A DNA stretch of 64,000 nucleotides from assembly GCA_964658305.1 (NCBI GenBank), contig OZ210885.1, forward strand, positions 20,522,001 through 20,586,000. The letters are read 5' to 3'. The first letter of the stretch is position 1, and every line of letters starts with the position of its first letter. The position numbers were made by a program, and so were the translations under genes. Source of the DNA: Leptogorgia sarmentosa (taxonomy: Eukaryota). The notes under the pieces are model-generated. The model did no database searches. It was not told the origin of the DNA and saw only the letters and a program-made list of their open reading frames with translations. Positions 35,064 through 48,200 of this stretch are shown here, one piece after another.

Positions 35064-37090
35064 TAGTCTAGGACCTGTATATGAGTTTGTATGCACTTCA
35101 TTTAGGACAGATAATCTCAACTGTTTTAGGGTAAATTGACCATGCCGGTCAACATGGCATATGTGCCAAAACCTGAATCCAGGACGAAAGTGCTCAAAAT
35201 GACCCCGCCCTGAAACGGCAGTGTCGACACACCTCTAACTTCCAAAAAATAGAATCAAAAGCTTTTCTGAAGTGCTTATTGTGTTCAGAAGGGTTGCTTT
35301 TAGGGGTGGTCATTGGAGGGGAAAATTTGCATAAGTATCATATTTTACTAGAAAATACCCATACGTGGTGTATGCCTGGCAGAGTTTTAATTCTTTCATT
35401 TTCCAAAAAATATTTTCATAGGATGAAAAACTATGCTTAATTCAACATAATTATTGTAGATTTCATGAAGGTTGTTATTGTTTTGTTCACATATAATACA
35501 TTTGACTTCACTTACCCCCTACCAAAATACGATTTTAGCCATATTTTGCCATCTTGTTCGCTTTTTACCGCCGATTCTCGCAAGTGTAGTCCAATCGTTT
35601 TACTTTATCATAATAACAGACAATTAAAGAGTATTTTTACCAAGTTTCGCCAAGTTTTGAAGCAGTGCAGTGTATTTTATCTTCGATATTGTCTCCCATG
35701 ACATATCGTCGAATATTCCGCCATTGTAATGCGTGGCCGTTTCATCGCCCGATAAATGCCAATTCTTCGCCTTTATCCGCTTTTACTTTGCACTATTTAA
35801 AAGTACTTTGTTGTAGAATAATTCCAATCAAAAATTGAAAACGTTAGTTGCACATGAACGAAATAAACCACCCTCAAACTTTCAGCATCAACATTACAAA
35901 CACAAAATTTAAAAGTTACGCGCAGCATTCGCGAAAACTCCTCTGGGCTACATGCCAGGGGGGGTAATATTTTTACAAAGTACCACAACAGCAGCCCAAC
36001 ATGGTATCTTATTGCATTTTTTCTCAATAACGATAAAAAAATAATTAAGAAGTACTTCTACATTTCTTAATAGCAGAATCCACGAATTTTGTGCCATCAT
36101 TTTCCCCTTGATTCATTTTATAGACAGCAGAAAGTGCTTCGTGGAAATATTCAACCCCCCCTGTCAGGTAGCCCACGAGGATTTTTCCCGAAGTTGCGCG
36201 CGAATTTAAAATTTTGTATTTGTAATGTTGATGCTGAAAGTTTGAGGGTGGTTTTTTCCGTTCATGTGCAACTAACATTTTCAATTTTTGATTGGAATTA
36301 TTCGACAACAAAGTACTTTTAAATAGTGCAAAGTAAAAGCGGATAAAGGCGAAGAATTGGCATTTATCGGGCGAAGAAACGGCCACGCATTACAATGGCG
36401 GCATATTCGACGATATGTCATGGGAGACAATATCGAAGATAAAATACACTGCACTGCTTCAAAACTTGGCGAAACTTGGTAAAAATACTCTTTAATTGTC
36501 TGTTATTATGATAAAGTAAAACGATTGGACTACACTTGCGAGAATCGGCGGTAAAAAGCAAACAAGATGGCAAAATATGGCTAAAATCGTATTTTGGTGG
36601 GGGGTAAGTGAAGTCAAATGTATTATATGTGAACAAAACAATAACAATCTTGATGAAATCTACAATAATTATGTTGAATTAAGCATAGTTTTTCATCCTA
36701 TGAAAATATTTCTTGGAAAATGAAAGAATTAAAACTCTGCCAGGCATATTTGTGATTTTATGCATAATCAGCAATTCTGCTGAGGTGGTGTATGGGTATT
36801 TTCTAGTAAAATATGATACTTATGCAAATTTTCCCCTCCAATGACCACCCCTAAAAGTAACCCTTCTGAACCCAATAAGCACTTCAGAAAGGCTTTTGAT
36901 TCTATTTTTTGGAAGTTAGAGGTGTGTCGACACTGCCGTTTCAGGGCGGGGTCATTTTGAGCACTTTCGTCCCGGATTCAGGTTTTGGCACATATGCCAT
37001 GTTGACCGGCATGGTCAATTTACCCTAAAACAGTTGAGATTATCTGTCCTAAATGAAGTGCATACAAACTCATATACAGGTCCTAGACTA
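35064..37090. mobile_element. Academ-type non-autonomous foldback element (TAGTCTAGGACC termini, TTT TSD)
   Basis: Inverted arms of about 0.9 kb (35064-~35985 and ~36140-37090); TTT on both flanks. Confidence 0.85.
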
Positions 37091-39457
37091 TTTGTTCTTC
37101 ACAGTTTGCCACTGCAAAATTATCGACAAATTCCCCAACGATCTCATCGAAGTATTCGACCTTCTTTTCCTTTGTCATGTGAAGTATACCTGACAGTGGT
37201 GCATGCTGCGTCGGCTTATCATCCAACTTTTCCATTCCCCAAAACGTCAATGCTGCTTCCAACAAATATACTTTGCCAACGCTTAAAATGAATTGCTCTG
37301 ATCCTTCGTACGATCTCGTGACCTTTTCTGGTGTAACATTTCTCCGATTATAGTTCTCGTGGAAATATTTCAGTGTTCCAGCATCCCTTACAAATTTTGG
37401 TTTGTGGAGCAAGTTGTATATTAACTACAATTTAAAAAATGTGGCTGTCAAAATTGACTTATGTAATTTTGAATTTAAAGCAAAAAAGTAAATTTTGCGT
37501 TACGTTTTTTATACTGTATATTTTACACTTTTTATATTTAATTGTATATGTTTCTTTATCGCACTATAGATCTATCCAAACATGCAATCTAAGTATTGCA
37601 AGAAGTCGATATGACGAAATTTGAAGAATACAGTGCTAAGGAAGTACGCAACTTCAATACCTGCTGATCATGAGCGGTGCACGACAAATCGCATGTCGTA
37701 AACGCAAGTACAGTTGTTTCATAAAATGTATTAGAGATATTTAAATTATGGCCCCGTTCACACGGTTCTAGAACAATTTTTGTCTGGAAGGTATTCGTGC
37801 GGATCATATAAACGACCAGAGTATGGTTTGATCTTTTGAAGTAAAGTACAAATCATACGGACGTCACATCTGTGTCAACTCGTCTTTTTAGTCAAGTCCC
37901 TGTTCAAATTTTCTTTCAATTTCCTAAGTTCGGCAGGATAAATTTTGTGCGATACCAGGTAAACGGGACAATAACGCAGTGTGAATGAGTCAGTCAAACA
38001 TCATATTCACCATTACTCCTGCTTTAACCCTAGCCCAAATATTAACGCTATGCAAATATTAATTAATTAACAAACAATGAACACTATAATATACCTGGAC
38101 GAAAGACATCTTAGTATGAAATGGCGCAGGAAAAACAGTCTTTGTTTTGCAGTGTGTGCTCCAGAACGTAAATCCTTAGCACCAGTGAACCTGACTCAAG
38201 TCATCTGATCTCCTCCAAATGGTACTGAAATTCCCTTCATGTGGTCATTGTCATCTGTTGTATTGAAATGAGCTCGTGGTTGATCTGGTGCTGAGGATAA
38301 TCCAGCGATTGGTGTGGGCCCCTGAATTCCATTCGAGGTTGTTTCTGTTGGGTTGGTGATAACGCCTGCTTTGATGTAAATGTCCTCTATTTCACACAGA
38401 ACTCTCTCGATGATCAAATTCGAAGCGAAATAGTGTAGGTCGACATTCTGATGAGATGATTGCATGTCATGTGCGCAAATTAACATGTCCCAGTTGTCTC
38501 CTGTACCCTGTAACTTTTTGCCGGATTTCACCTCTTCAATCAAACCATCTGCATTATGATTACCAATCATATCCAGAAGATTTATCTTACTTTGATGTGA
38601 CAAGGAGAAGCCCATTTTTTGACATTACCTAAAAAGCTAATACATAAAACAAACTAGGAATCCAAGGAAGATATACGAAGATATCAAGCTAAAGCTGAGC
38701 CTGATGTCGCTTGGCGGCCTGTTGTGATCCGAATTGCCATTAAAAATCATTCCATGTAACATCAGCTCAAAGAAAAGCTTGATGTAATAAAATAATTTGA
38801 AAGACTTTATAGCCAAAAAAAGGAAATCCGCACGTTCAAATTTCGCGTGCTTGACATTATTTTGTTGAATTTGTGACCTCTGACCTTCATGTTATAATAA
38901 TAATACGGAGTGTAACAATGAACAGGCGATTATACAGTACTCAACAAATGTATAACCTGTAGGTTACCTCTGCGTTGTAATAGAAATTCAGTCTATTCAC
39001 AATTTTAGGCCAACGTTAAATTTACTTTTGTTCGCCTACATATATAGTTTAATTCTACTGCTGCGAAATTGAAGAACCCTGAGTCGCCACTAATCATGTA
39101 AACAATCTAGACAAGCAACCCAAGCTTACTGAAGCTGTCGACTATTTTCTATCAGTATCACAGTATGATCATGAATCATGTCGTCTATTTAGTCGACTAA
39201 AATAGATTACAAGGCAAAAGTGAGCAACTGGCTGAATTTGATTCTAGTAAATTATTCTTTTACATTGGGAGTACATGAATGGGAATATTTCCATAACATA
39301 GGCCGCGACTATGGCGAGAACAAATGGAACAAACACGTTCAAATAAATGTGTGAAGCGAATACACGGACCATTATATATCAATCAATCGTATGAACTAAA
39401 TAAGATTTAAAATTATGGTTTTCTTGTTGCGACAAGTTTACTGTGTTACTGCATTAA

Positions 39458-40701
39458 AGTGTTACTGCAACGAATTTTTCGACCTCGTTTTTTTTGCCTT
39501 AAATAAATATTCAGGTCGAAAGATGAAATTTGGTGTATAGATGACTTTTGTACGTTCAGTGGAAGTAACTAAATTTCGCCTCCAAACTTCGATACCGGAT
39601 GCAAAAAAAACTTACCATAGGCATTTTAAGACAATATATTTTGCTCATGTCGAGTAACGAGGCTGGCGGAGCCCCGCAATCGTGTGAAAGTTCAAGTGAA
39701 ACTGCATGATCCAGTGTCGGATGGCTGGTTAGTTCATGTCACATCGCACTGCTTTGCGTACGACGACGAACCTTTAGCAGAACCTGGGGAAACGAATTGT
39801 GTTCCAGAAGATCCAGATGGATTGTTGCCAGCAACTATTGAACAAAGAAGCGACGGTAGAATAACTCTGGAACAGTGATAAGTGAAGGTTCAAGACTGTT
39901 TAGACTTTAGCCTAATTAAAATAGCCGACGTAGGCTAAATTTGAATGTATATTTTATTGCTTTTATTTAATATTCATCTGTAATGATATATTGTTAATTT
40001 TGGTATCAATATATTGATATCAGTATAATTATTGATTCCACATTGCCGTCTCAATATCTAAGAACAAGTGTGTATGTAAAAGAGCCCAATTTTATAGGCC
40101 CTTTCTTTTGGGCTTCCTTGCCTTCTATTTATTAAATTTGTAAATACTTAAGCTGTGGCAGAATAAATTGATTTGATTTGATAAGGAAACTAGTCACAAT
40201 TCATAGCAAGTTAATATTTAGCGATTTTGCTAACTCTAGATTCATATCATAGCACGAATCTTCGAAGTGAAGGCACGAGGTCGCCGTAGTGTCAAAACCC
40301 GGGTTATGTTTACAGACAAATTTCACGCACTTATTCTGTCTCTGAGCATCTGTTTCTTCATTAGGGAATAGATGCATAGATACTCCTTCAGTTTTGCTAT
40401 CATTCACGCAGCTAACTAAGTTAAGACCGCCAGCAACGCAGAGTTTTCCTCCCCGAGTAGCTTTACGTCTATTAGAAATATACGCCATGTTGACAATGTG
40501 TTACACTTGTGACGTCACACGGCATTAATATGGTGGTCGAAAATGTCGCACGGAAGTAGCCAAAAATCGCAACTTTGAAAGGCCATAAAATCCGTTTGAA
40601 AAGAGCAATTTTAATTCTGTTTGCGGTAAACATATTCGGAGAGTAAGTACTTTAAAATAAGCCAATAAAAAAGGGGTCGAAAAATTCGTTGCAGTAACAC
40701 T
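39458..40701 (-). mobile_element. Internally deleted Kolobok (THAP and KolX 5' stubs), TTAA TSD
   Basis: 27-bp TIR AGTGTTACTGCAACGAATTTTTCGACC; THAP fragment 40201..40488 (-) and KolX-like AYDDEPLA...DPDGL fragment at about 39750-39878 (+). Confidence 0.88.
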
Positions 40702-41748
40702 TTAAGTGTACCCTCAAGGCAAATACGGCAAACTAAAAAATGTATGCAGATTTATAATATCCACGGCGGCAGTTGATAGTATGGGCTATGGCTATTTTTG
40801 TTCATGACAACCCATACTTGTTTCCTAGATTCATCGCAGATATTCAAATAACATTTCAACCGCTTTGGCAACATGTTCAAACATTGTTGAAACTTGGCCA
40901 CATTACTGATTCAATGTCGCACTCCTTAGCGTCCGCCATATTGTATTACACAAATATTTCTTCATCCCACGAACACGTACTGAGTTGCAATTTTCGCAAG
41001 AATCCAAATTCCGGAGGGGCTTTGCGGCATTCTGTACTATAACTTGAGGCATCTTAGATTACATTACTTCCCTAGCTATATTTCCTATCCATACGAATGA
41101 CTGCAAACAATTATGAACAATAGTATAACGTTACAATTGGATAATTTTTGCTTAAAAATTGAAAGGATATCGGTACACTAAGGAGTTTCGCATATCAACA
41201 GAAATTGGGATGCTCCCCCCGGAGTTTACACTATAACTGAATAGCTCAATGACTCGATGACTGATCTGAATTTTCCCCACTCATCACAATAATTGCACTA
41301 AAAACCTTTCAGTGTATATGCCTATAGTATAACGCTACCTGTTTAGTTGGGCAATAAAATTCAATATTTAAAATGTCATTGTGTTTTAAATGATTGATTA
41401 ACAGAACGTTTTCACTTGTCGTATTTCACAATAGTGTATATAATAAAACATGTAAGACTATCACCAATGACTATAAGTACCTGCAATTTAATAATCGAAA
41501 GGTTTAGATTTGGGGACTTCGATTTTGAATCTTCAAGTACGTTTTGGAAGGCGTTCGGGGAAATGAGAAATTAAATACAGCATAACCGTACTAAAGACCA
41601 TTTCATTTTACATGCACGAAAAACATATAAAAAAGCCTATTGATAAATGGCTACTAAAGATCTGACATTAAATTCCTCAGAATGTTAAACTGTGATACTT
41701 TAAATGAAATAAAATAAAATTTCGGTCGATATAATGTATCGACATCGC

Positions 41749-41879
41749 CGACCTCGTAACCAGGTGCCTTCTCATAAGGGTGCTCTCGATTACTCCTGTT
41801 TGCGGGTTAGGATGAGGGATAATGGAAAAATCGGGTACTCGAGAACACCTTTATGGGAAGGCACCTGGGTAGAAGGTCG
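41749..41879. repeat. Small hairpin MITE (CRACCTYGTANCCAGGTGCC family); half copy at 32741-32795
   Basis: CCAGGTGCCTTCTCATAAGGGTG pairs with CACCTTTATGGGAAGGCACCTGG. Confidence 0.65.
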
Positions 41880-43053
41880 AAGGACACCTGGATACAAAGT
41901 AATCCTGGTTATTAATGTAAAAAGAGATTAAAAACAATTTATTAACCTTTTTCTTCGCGTTGCCTTCGGTCAACAGAATCGTGTTTATGTGTTGTACCAT
42001 GCTTAGTTCGTGGTTTCAGGTTTGCAACATAACTGCGTAGCAAAGACCAAGCCTATGTGCAACTTTGACAGTAGCCTCATCCGTAGTGCAACCAATAACC
42101 GTCCTAAGAACATGGAACACAAGTGGGCAATGAGATGACATTTCCTCAACCAAATCCATCCAGTTGATATTCGTCATTCCATAAAAGTTGTTTTTTCTTA
42201 GGATAGACAGACGTGATTTTGTGCACAAGTCGATACACTGTTCGTGCAGCTCATTCAAAAGGCAATCGATGAAATTCTGCTTGATTACTTCAATCCTAGC
42301 CAGTGTGTTTACAACTAATTTGGGTGATCCTGACTCAATAGCTTTTAAAAGATCATTTTTATCTTGTTCCCTAAATGACGTATTGGCTGAATTCACGACC
42401 TAAAAGATATAAAAACAATGTCATAATTTATAAACATTAGTAAATTATTATATACATGCAACTGAAAAAAATGAAATCCTATTCTTTAAATTTTACATAC
42501 TTCATTACTGCAATCATTGGTTAGGACTGTTGAAGTGTCGTCCGTTTGTTCCAGTAGAGGTGACGCCATTTCTGCGTTAGATGTACAAATTGCTTTACTG
42601 CTTGGACCAGAATTATTTGGAGAAAATATGAGGCATCTCTTTGAAGTAACTTGTCCGGTAATACTCTTGTTTACTCCCAGTGCCATTCTTTTAAATTTAT
42701 TGAAACCATCAAGCTTGCCTTGGCAACTACGACAAACTTTTGTAGGCTGTCATTCAACGTCTTCATAGCGTATGCCCAGCACGTTTTCTATTGTTTCTGC
42801 AATCCATTTTCGTCTACCAACGGCACTAAAAATATCTGTAAACTTATCAAGAAATTTGTCTTGACCGCAAAGGGAGCATATATTAATTGATCCTTTATAA
42901 TATTTTTTTCGAGGAGTTACCTCTTTCGAACACATAGCTACCTGTTGATCTGAAAACACGGAAAAGTACTGGCACTAGTTGCCAAATAGAAATCCATTTT
43001 TCGATACAAACTACTGAATTTCTCGTGAACTACAATTTACTTGGATAAAACAT

Positions 43054-43332
43054 GTGGTGTATTCCTTAAATGATTTTATTAGCGCAGTTCGATACGCATT
43101 AGACGTGACAAATTATCACGATTTGGTTCTAAAGGTTAAGCAATACAAACTGTTAGAAACATTGATTTTAAGAAAAGACACTGTCGCAGTTCTTCCAACG
43201 GGGTATGGAAAATCGGTCCTGTTCCACCTCTTCCCTTTTGTATTCGATTTTTTCAGTTCGAAGGGTAGAAGAAGCATACAAGATGAAAGTATGGTTTTAG
43301 TTATCACACCATTAACTGCTTTGATAGAATAG
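43054..43332 (+). pseudogene. RecQ-like SF2 helicase N-terminus (AcademH helicase), truncated
   Basis: DTVAVLPTGYGKS (motif I) and VLVITPLTALI (motif Ia), head-to-head with the DUF6589-like gene. Confidence 0.75.
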
Positions 43333-43339
43333 ATGATGA

Positions 43340-44395
43340 TCATATAGATGACAACTTGCTCCAAGACTTTTCTACCTTGGCCACCGCCTCAAAAACTCGT
43401 TGGTGATCTTTATCTCCCAACAATTGAAGAAGTAAAGAACGAAAATGTTCGTTCTGAAGGTCAATTTTACTCCGAGCTGTATAGTAGGCCAGATGATAAT
43501 ATTCTCGCTGATCATGGGAATGATCGCGAGCAGTATTCTGCAACGTTTCACACATCTCAATGGCCTCGTACGTATTGAACTCTGTGATGGGACGTGTGGC
43601 GTAATCCAGGACTTTGCGCAAAACCGAACCCACAGAAGGTTTTGAGTATGCCTCGACAGACTTTCGTAACTTCTCGACTTCTTCCCTCAACTGCTATTAT
43701 GAATAAACAAACGGAACAATATAAACAGTCATGGCACCCTCTAATAGTTTGTGTGAGTGTGGCAACCCATAACATATCACCTGGCGACCCCCACCGAACA
43801 GGCTGTATGGCGGAAGGTCCCTTTTTATGTCGGTGAACGCTCACCCACTATACGATTTTGGTGAACTCTCACCCACTATACGATTGTGGCGAACTCTCAC
43901 CCACTGTAAGATTTTGGTGAACTCTCACCCCTATTGTCTATTGTTGCTATACAATTGGATATGCATGATTAACGTAACTAGGTGAGGCCTAAGCGTATTT
44001 TTTTTTATTGTTTTTGGTGTTCGAGGACTAAATAGTTGTACTGTAGGTTAAAACCCTAGCCCCAACAACCATGAAACAAACATATGCATCAACGAACAAG
44101 GACATCATACACAACTGACGAACCAAATCACACTCACGAGCGAAAATGTTTGAACACCTAAATAATACATCCGGATTGCTAAATACAATAGTGTATAAAA
44201 GGCACCATGATCTATTATCTCCAGTTCTCCTTGTGGTTGTTGTTGGGACACAACAGGAACGGCTGCTTGTAAGTCTTGTGCAGGAAGATCTGGCGGCGCC
44301 TGAGGTGCTGGTTGTGGCGGATTTTCAACGACGGCAACAGCGACATTCCCAGCCACAGGATATTGCAATTCCGGTGCCTCGTTGCGCTGGGCCAT
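43340..44395 (-). pseudogene. DIRS gag-like exons (continue at 32600-32870 with a CYAC...GH knuckle)
   Basis: MAQRNEAP... exon and the REEVEKLRK...LLGDKDHQRVFEAVAKVEK exon share strand and order with the ALOG-like recombinase. Confidence 0.55.
43832..43933. repeat. 28-bp tandem repeat GGTGAACTCTCACCCACTATACGATTTT, about 3.5 copies
   Basis: Direct inspection. Confidence 0.9.
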
Positions 44396-44754
44396 AATCT
44401 TGATGGAGGGATGACTGTATCAGTAATATTCGAGGGGCGTACTCAGGCGCCAGAGTTAAAAGAGCTCTCGAGAACATGTCCGACCGGTATACTGAGCAAG
44501 AATGGAGTTTTCTGGCTGGATTTCGCATTTTATAACCTCTTGTTCTCCTGTACATGTGTGTCCTTGCATTTATTATCCTTTATTGTCATTCAACTGTGCC
44601 TTATTCCTCAATTCATCTTTGCATATCATTATGAATATTATGAATAGCTTGTATATCATACTCCATATTTTCATCCCATTAATTCAAATTTTGTGAAGAA
44701 AACTCATTTTTTCCGCGCAAGCCGTTTTTAATGGGCCTTTAAGTAACCACAGAG

Positions 44755-45203
44755 AAAAAGAGTGAGAAAAAGACTTGAAATTTAACATGCACATTCCTCA
44801 GAAACGCATCATATTACATCAATGTTCAAAGTAAAAAAACGCATTGATATGATTCGGTCCACAGGCCAAGCTATACATTGTTTGATATATCAGTGTTTTC
44901 TGAATAACATATGTGAAAATAAAAAATTTCTATAGAATAGGTAATGAAAAAAAGGACTTGAAGTTCACATGCATTTCCGTTTGAGTTGCAGACTAATTCT
45001 CATATCACACCTTTACTTTAAAATGGCAAAAACAAGGCAGTGTATAAAAAATATTAAGGACAAGCAATACATTGTTGGAATTATCATTGAAATATGTATA
45101 ATATATTGCAAAATGAAAAATCTATGTCTAGAATGAAGCAAGAAAATGACTTGAAATTTAACATGCACATACCTCAGAAACGCATCATATTACATCAATG
45201 TTG
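44755..45203. repeat. Degenerate ~190-bp tandem repeat
   Basis: GACTTGAAATTTAACATGCA-like motif at about 44772, 44955 and 45148. Confidence 0.7.
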
Positions 45204-48200
45204 TTTACCGATTCACGACAGCGCTGTTTGGCCTGACTTGCTCTCCATTCCTACTCGGCGGTGTCCTTAATGAACATTTGGTCGTTGGGAAGAGAAACAT
45301 CCAGAGCTGGTTAGAGAAAGTCGAGATAATCTCTATGTGGATGACCTCATGCTCGGTGGTGATGACGCAACGAAAGTGAGAGAGAAAAGGTCGAAGGCGA
45401 TCGAAGTTTTCGAAGATGCCACCTTCCATCTCCATAAGTGGCATTCGAACGTCAGGAGTTTGGAAGAGAGCGAGCAACGAGTGACTATCCCGACCAGCGA
45501 TGATGAGACAACATTCGCCAAGCGCCAGCTCGGGATCAGTACGCCAAATACAACGTTACTGGGACTTCCATGGGACAAGGCAAGGGATACCATCAGCGTC
45601 GTGACGAACCAAGAAGCCCCTGCTACCACCAAGAGCGGCGCCCTTTCCCACCTAGCGAAGGTTTATGACCCCTTGGGGTTGGTGTCGCCAACAACGTTGA
45701 CCGGGAAGCTTCTCTTTCGCAAAATGTGCGAAGCAGGCTTATCGTGGGACGGGGAGTTTCCGGGAGGGCTGCAGGAACGGTGGAAAGCACGGTACGAGAG
45801 ACTGCCAGAACGTATTGAGGTGCCCAGGGCACTAACCCCATTCCACCAACCGGTCACGAAACTGCATCTTCATGCCTTCGCAGACGCAAGCAAGGACGGG
45901 GTTGCAGCCGCAGTGTACGCTGTGGTAGAGCAGGCAAGTGGAACGACACAAGGTCTCGTCTGCTCTAAGTCAGGTTTAGCGAAGAAGAACCTAACCGTAC
46001 AGCGGTTGGAGCTCGTGGTGGGACATATGGCGGCCAACCTCGTCACAAACGTAGAGAACGCTATCGGAAGGAAGAAGGTCGCGTCGATGCATTGTTGGCT
46101 AGATCTGACTGTGGCCCTATACTGGATAAATGGACAAGGGGAGTACCGGCAGTTCGTGGCCAACCGGGTGAACAAGATACGTGCACATGAAGCGATTGCA
46201 TGGCGTCACGTCCCGACAGGCGAAAATCCTGCGGACATCGGAAGTCGGGGAGGCGTAGACGTAGTAGACAACGAGTTGTGGCAACGCGGACCGAGTTGGC
46301 TAAGTGACCAGTCTAGATGGCCAAAGGACGTGGTCGTGGCGACATGTCCAGAAGCAGAACGTGAACTCAAGCGGGAGCAAATCGCGAAGGTCTTCACCAC
46401 AGTTTCCAATGGAAGTAGCGGCAACAAGTTCGATGAGCTGCTCGAGAAGTATACTTTACGTAAAACGCTGCGTATCTACGCCTGGGTTAGCAGATTCGCG
46501 AGAAATAGTCGGAACCGGAAGAGAGATAATCGTGAGTCTGGGCCCTTGGTTACGGAAGAAATACGAAATGCGGAAGCATGGTGGATAAAACGGGCACAGC
46601 ACGAAGCAAGAAGGTGCGAAGGTTTCGACACAGTCAAACGCGAGCTCAACCTTCAAGAAAACGATGCGAAGATTCTCGAATGTCGCGGCAGAATAGACGG
46701 TGAATATCCGGTTTATTTACCCCAAAATCACGTCATCGCGTCGAAGGTCGTCGAGCAAGCTCATCTCGTTACGTTGCACGGTGGAGTAGCGATGACAATG
46801 GCTAAGGTTCGCGAGCGATTTTGGATCCCGAAGCTTTGCAGTCTTGTTAAGCACGTGAGAAGTAAATGCCACGGATGCTCGAGATTTCGGAGTCAAGCGT
46901 ACAGCAGACCACCCCCCGGAAATCTTCCACCGTCTCAAACGAAGGGGTCGACTCCGTTCCAAGTCTTAGGGGTAGATTTCGCGGGACCCATCCAGTACCA
47001 AACGAAGGCAAAGGCCGAAAGAAAGGCCTATCTGGTGTTGTACGGGTGTAGCTTGACTCGCGCACTGCACCTCGACCTATTATCATTATTATCATTGGAG
47101 CTCGGTGAATTCTTGCCAAGCCTACGAGAACTCATCGCGAGACGCGGACGCCCCGAGATAATCTACTCAGACAACGGGTCAACATTTAAAGCAGCCGAGA
47201 GGTGGTTGAAACGTGTACAACATGACGAACGATTCCACGAGTTTCTTAGCGACCGTAGGATTGAATGGCGTTTCAACCTTAGTCGTGCACCGTGGTGGGG
47301 CGGTCAGTTCGAACGACTGATCGGCCTATTCAAGCGAGCCTTTTATAAGTCTATCGGAAACGGAACGCCGACGTGGGAAGAGCTAAAGGACGTGGTTCTT
47401 GAGGTCGAAGTGGCGCTGAACAATTGCCTGTTGAGTTACGTGGAGGATGACGTAGAATTGTCAACCCTCACGCCGAATTCTATGTTGAATATCAATCCGA
47501 GCGTCCTACCCGAGCTGAAAACGCGTCACGTGGAGGAACCTAGTTTGCGAAAGCGAGCAAAGTTCCTCAAGAAATGCAAGGAGGCGATGTGGAAACGTTG
47601 GACGAGGGAATATGTGCGGAGTTTATGGGAGCGTCATCGTTGCGGACTTGGAAAACGGTCGGCGTGCCCTCAGATCGGCGAGGCAGTGATAATCCGAGAC
47701 GAAGACAAGAATCAGAACCACTGGAAACTGGGGATAATCGGTAGGCAGCTCAAGGGACGTGATGGTGTTGTGAGAGGAGTGAAAGTCCGAACGGCAAAGG
47801 GAGTTCTCAAGAGAGCTGTGCAGCAGTTATATCCCCTCGAATTATCCAGCGAAGAAGAGAAGTCGTGGACTCCAAACATTAGTGCCCCGGTCTTCCAACC
47901 ACGGCCGAAGAGAGACGCAGCAGCAGCGGCGGAGGTGCGAATAGAACAACAAGCGACAGCAGATCAAGAGGCGGGGCAACAGACAATGTCGCTGTAGTGA
48001 ACATTAACATTATTGGTAGACTTAGTTAACATTTTCTTAGTTCTTTATTAGGTTAGATACAGCTGTGGACGTTCAACGAAGTCAGTCCCTTAGGAACATA
48101 TATCTCAGAACTGAGCTACATGGGGGAGTGTGTCGGGACTGACTGACAAGCAGTAATTAATAAGTTATGTTAAATATTATAATTAAGGCACGTGACAGAT

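Larger units (their letters stand above)
33858..42938 (-). pseudogene. AcademH-type (DUF6589-like) transposase, multi-exon and heavily disrupted
   Basis: Fragments 42938-42500 (CSLC...VCRSC), 42016-42396, 38150-38615 (GTGDNWD...HYF...GGDQMT), 37091-37412 (AGTLKYF...RRNV) and 33858-34487 (VNWNGGQGKNIACDMAQEICNR). Confidence 0.7.

Noticed and set aside
35465..36636. Paired similar ORFs on opposite strands (also 20106-20454)
   Set aside because: Artefacts of palindromic MITE arms with no recognisable protein motifs.
38650..41750. Unassigned AT-rich stretches around the small Kolobok
   Set aside because: No termini, TSDs or motifs that I could support by eye.
43054..43332. Host RecQ helicase gene
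   Set aside because: Truncated after motif Ia and paired with an AcademH-type transposase.
43832..43933. 28-bp repeats with a small hairpin, superficially CRISPR-like
   Set aside because: Units are contiguous with no unique spacers, there are no cas genes, and the context is eukaryotic.
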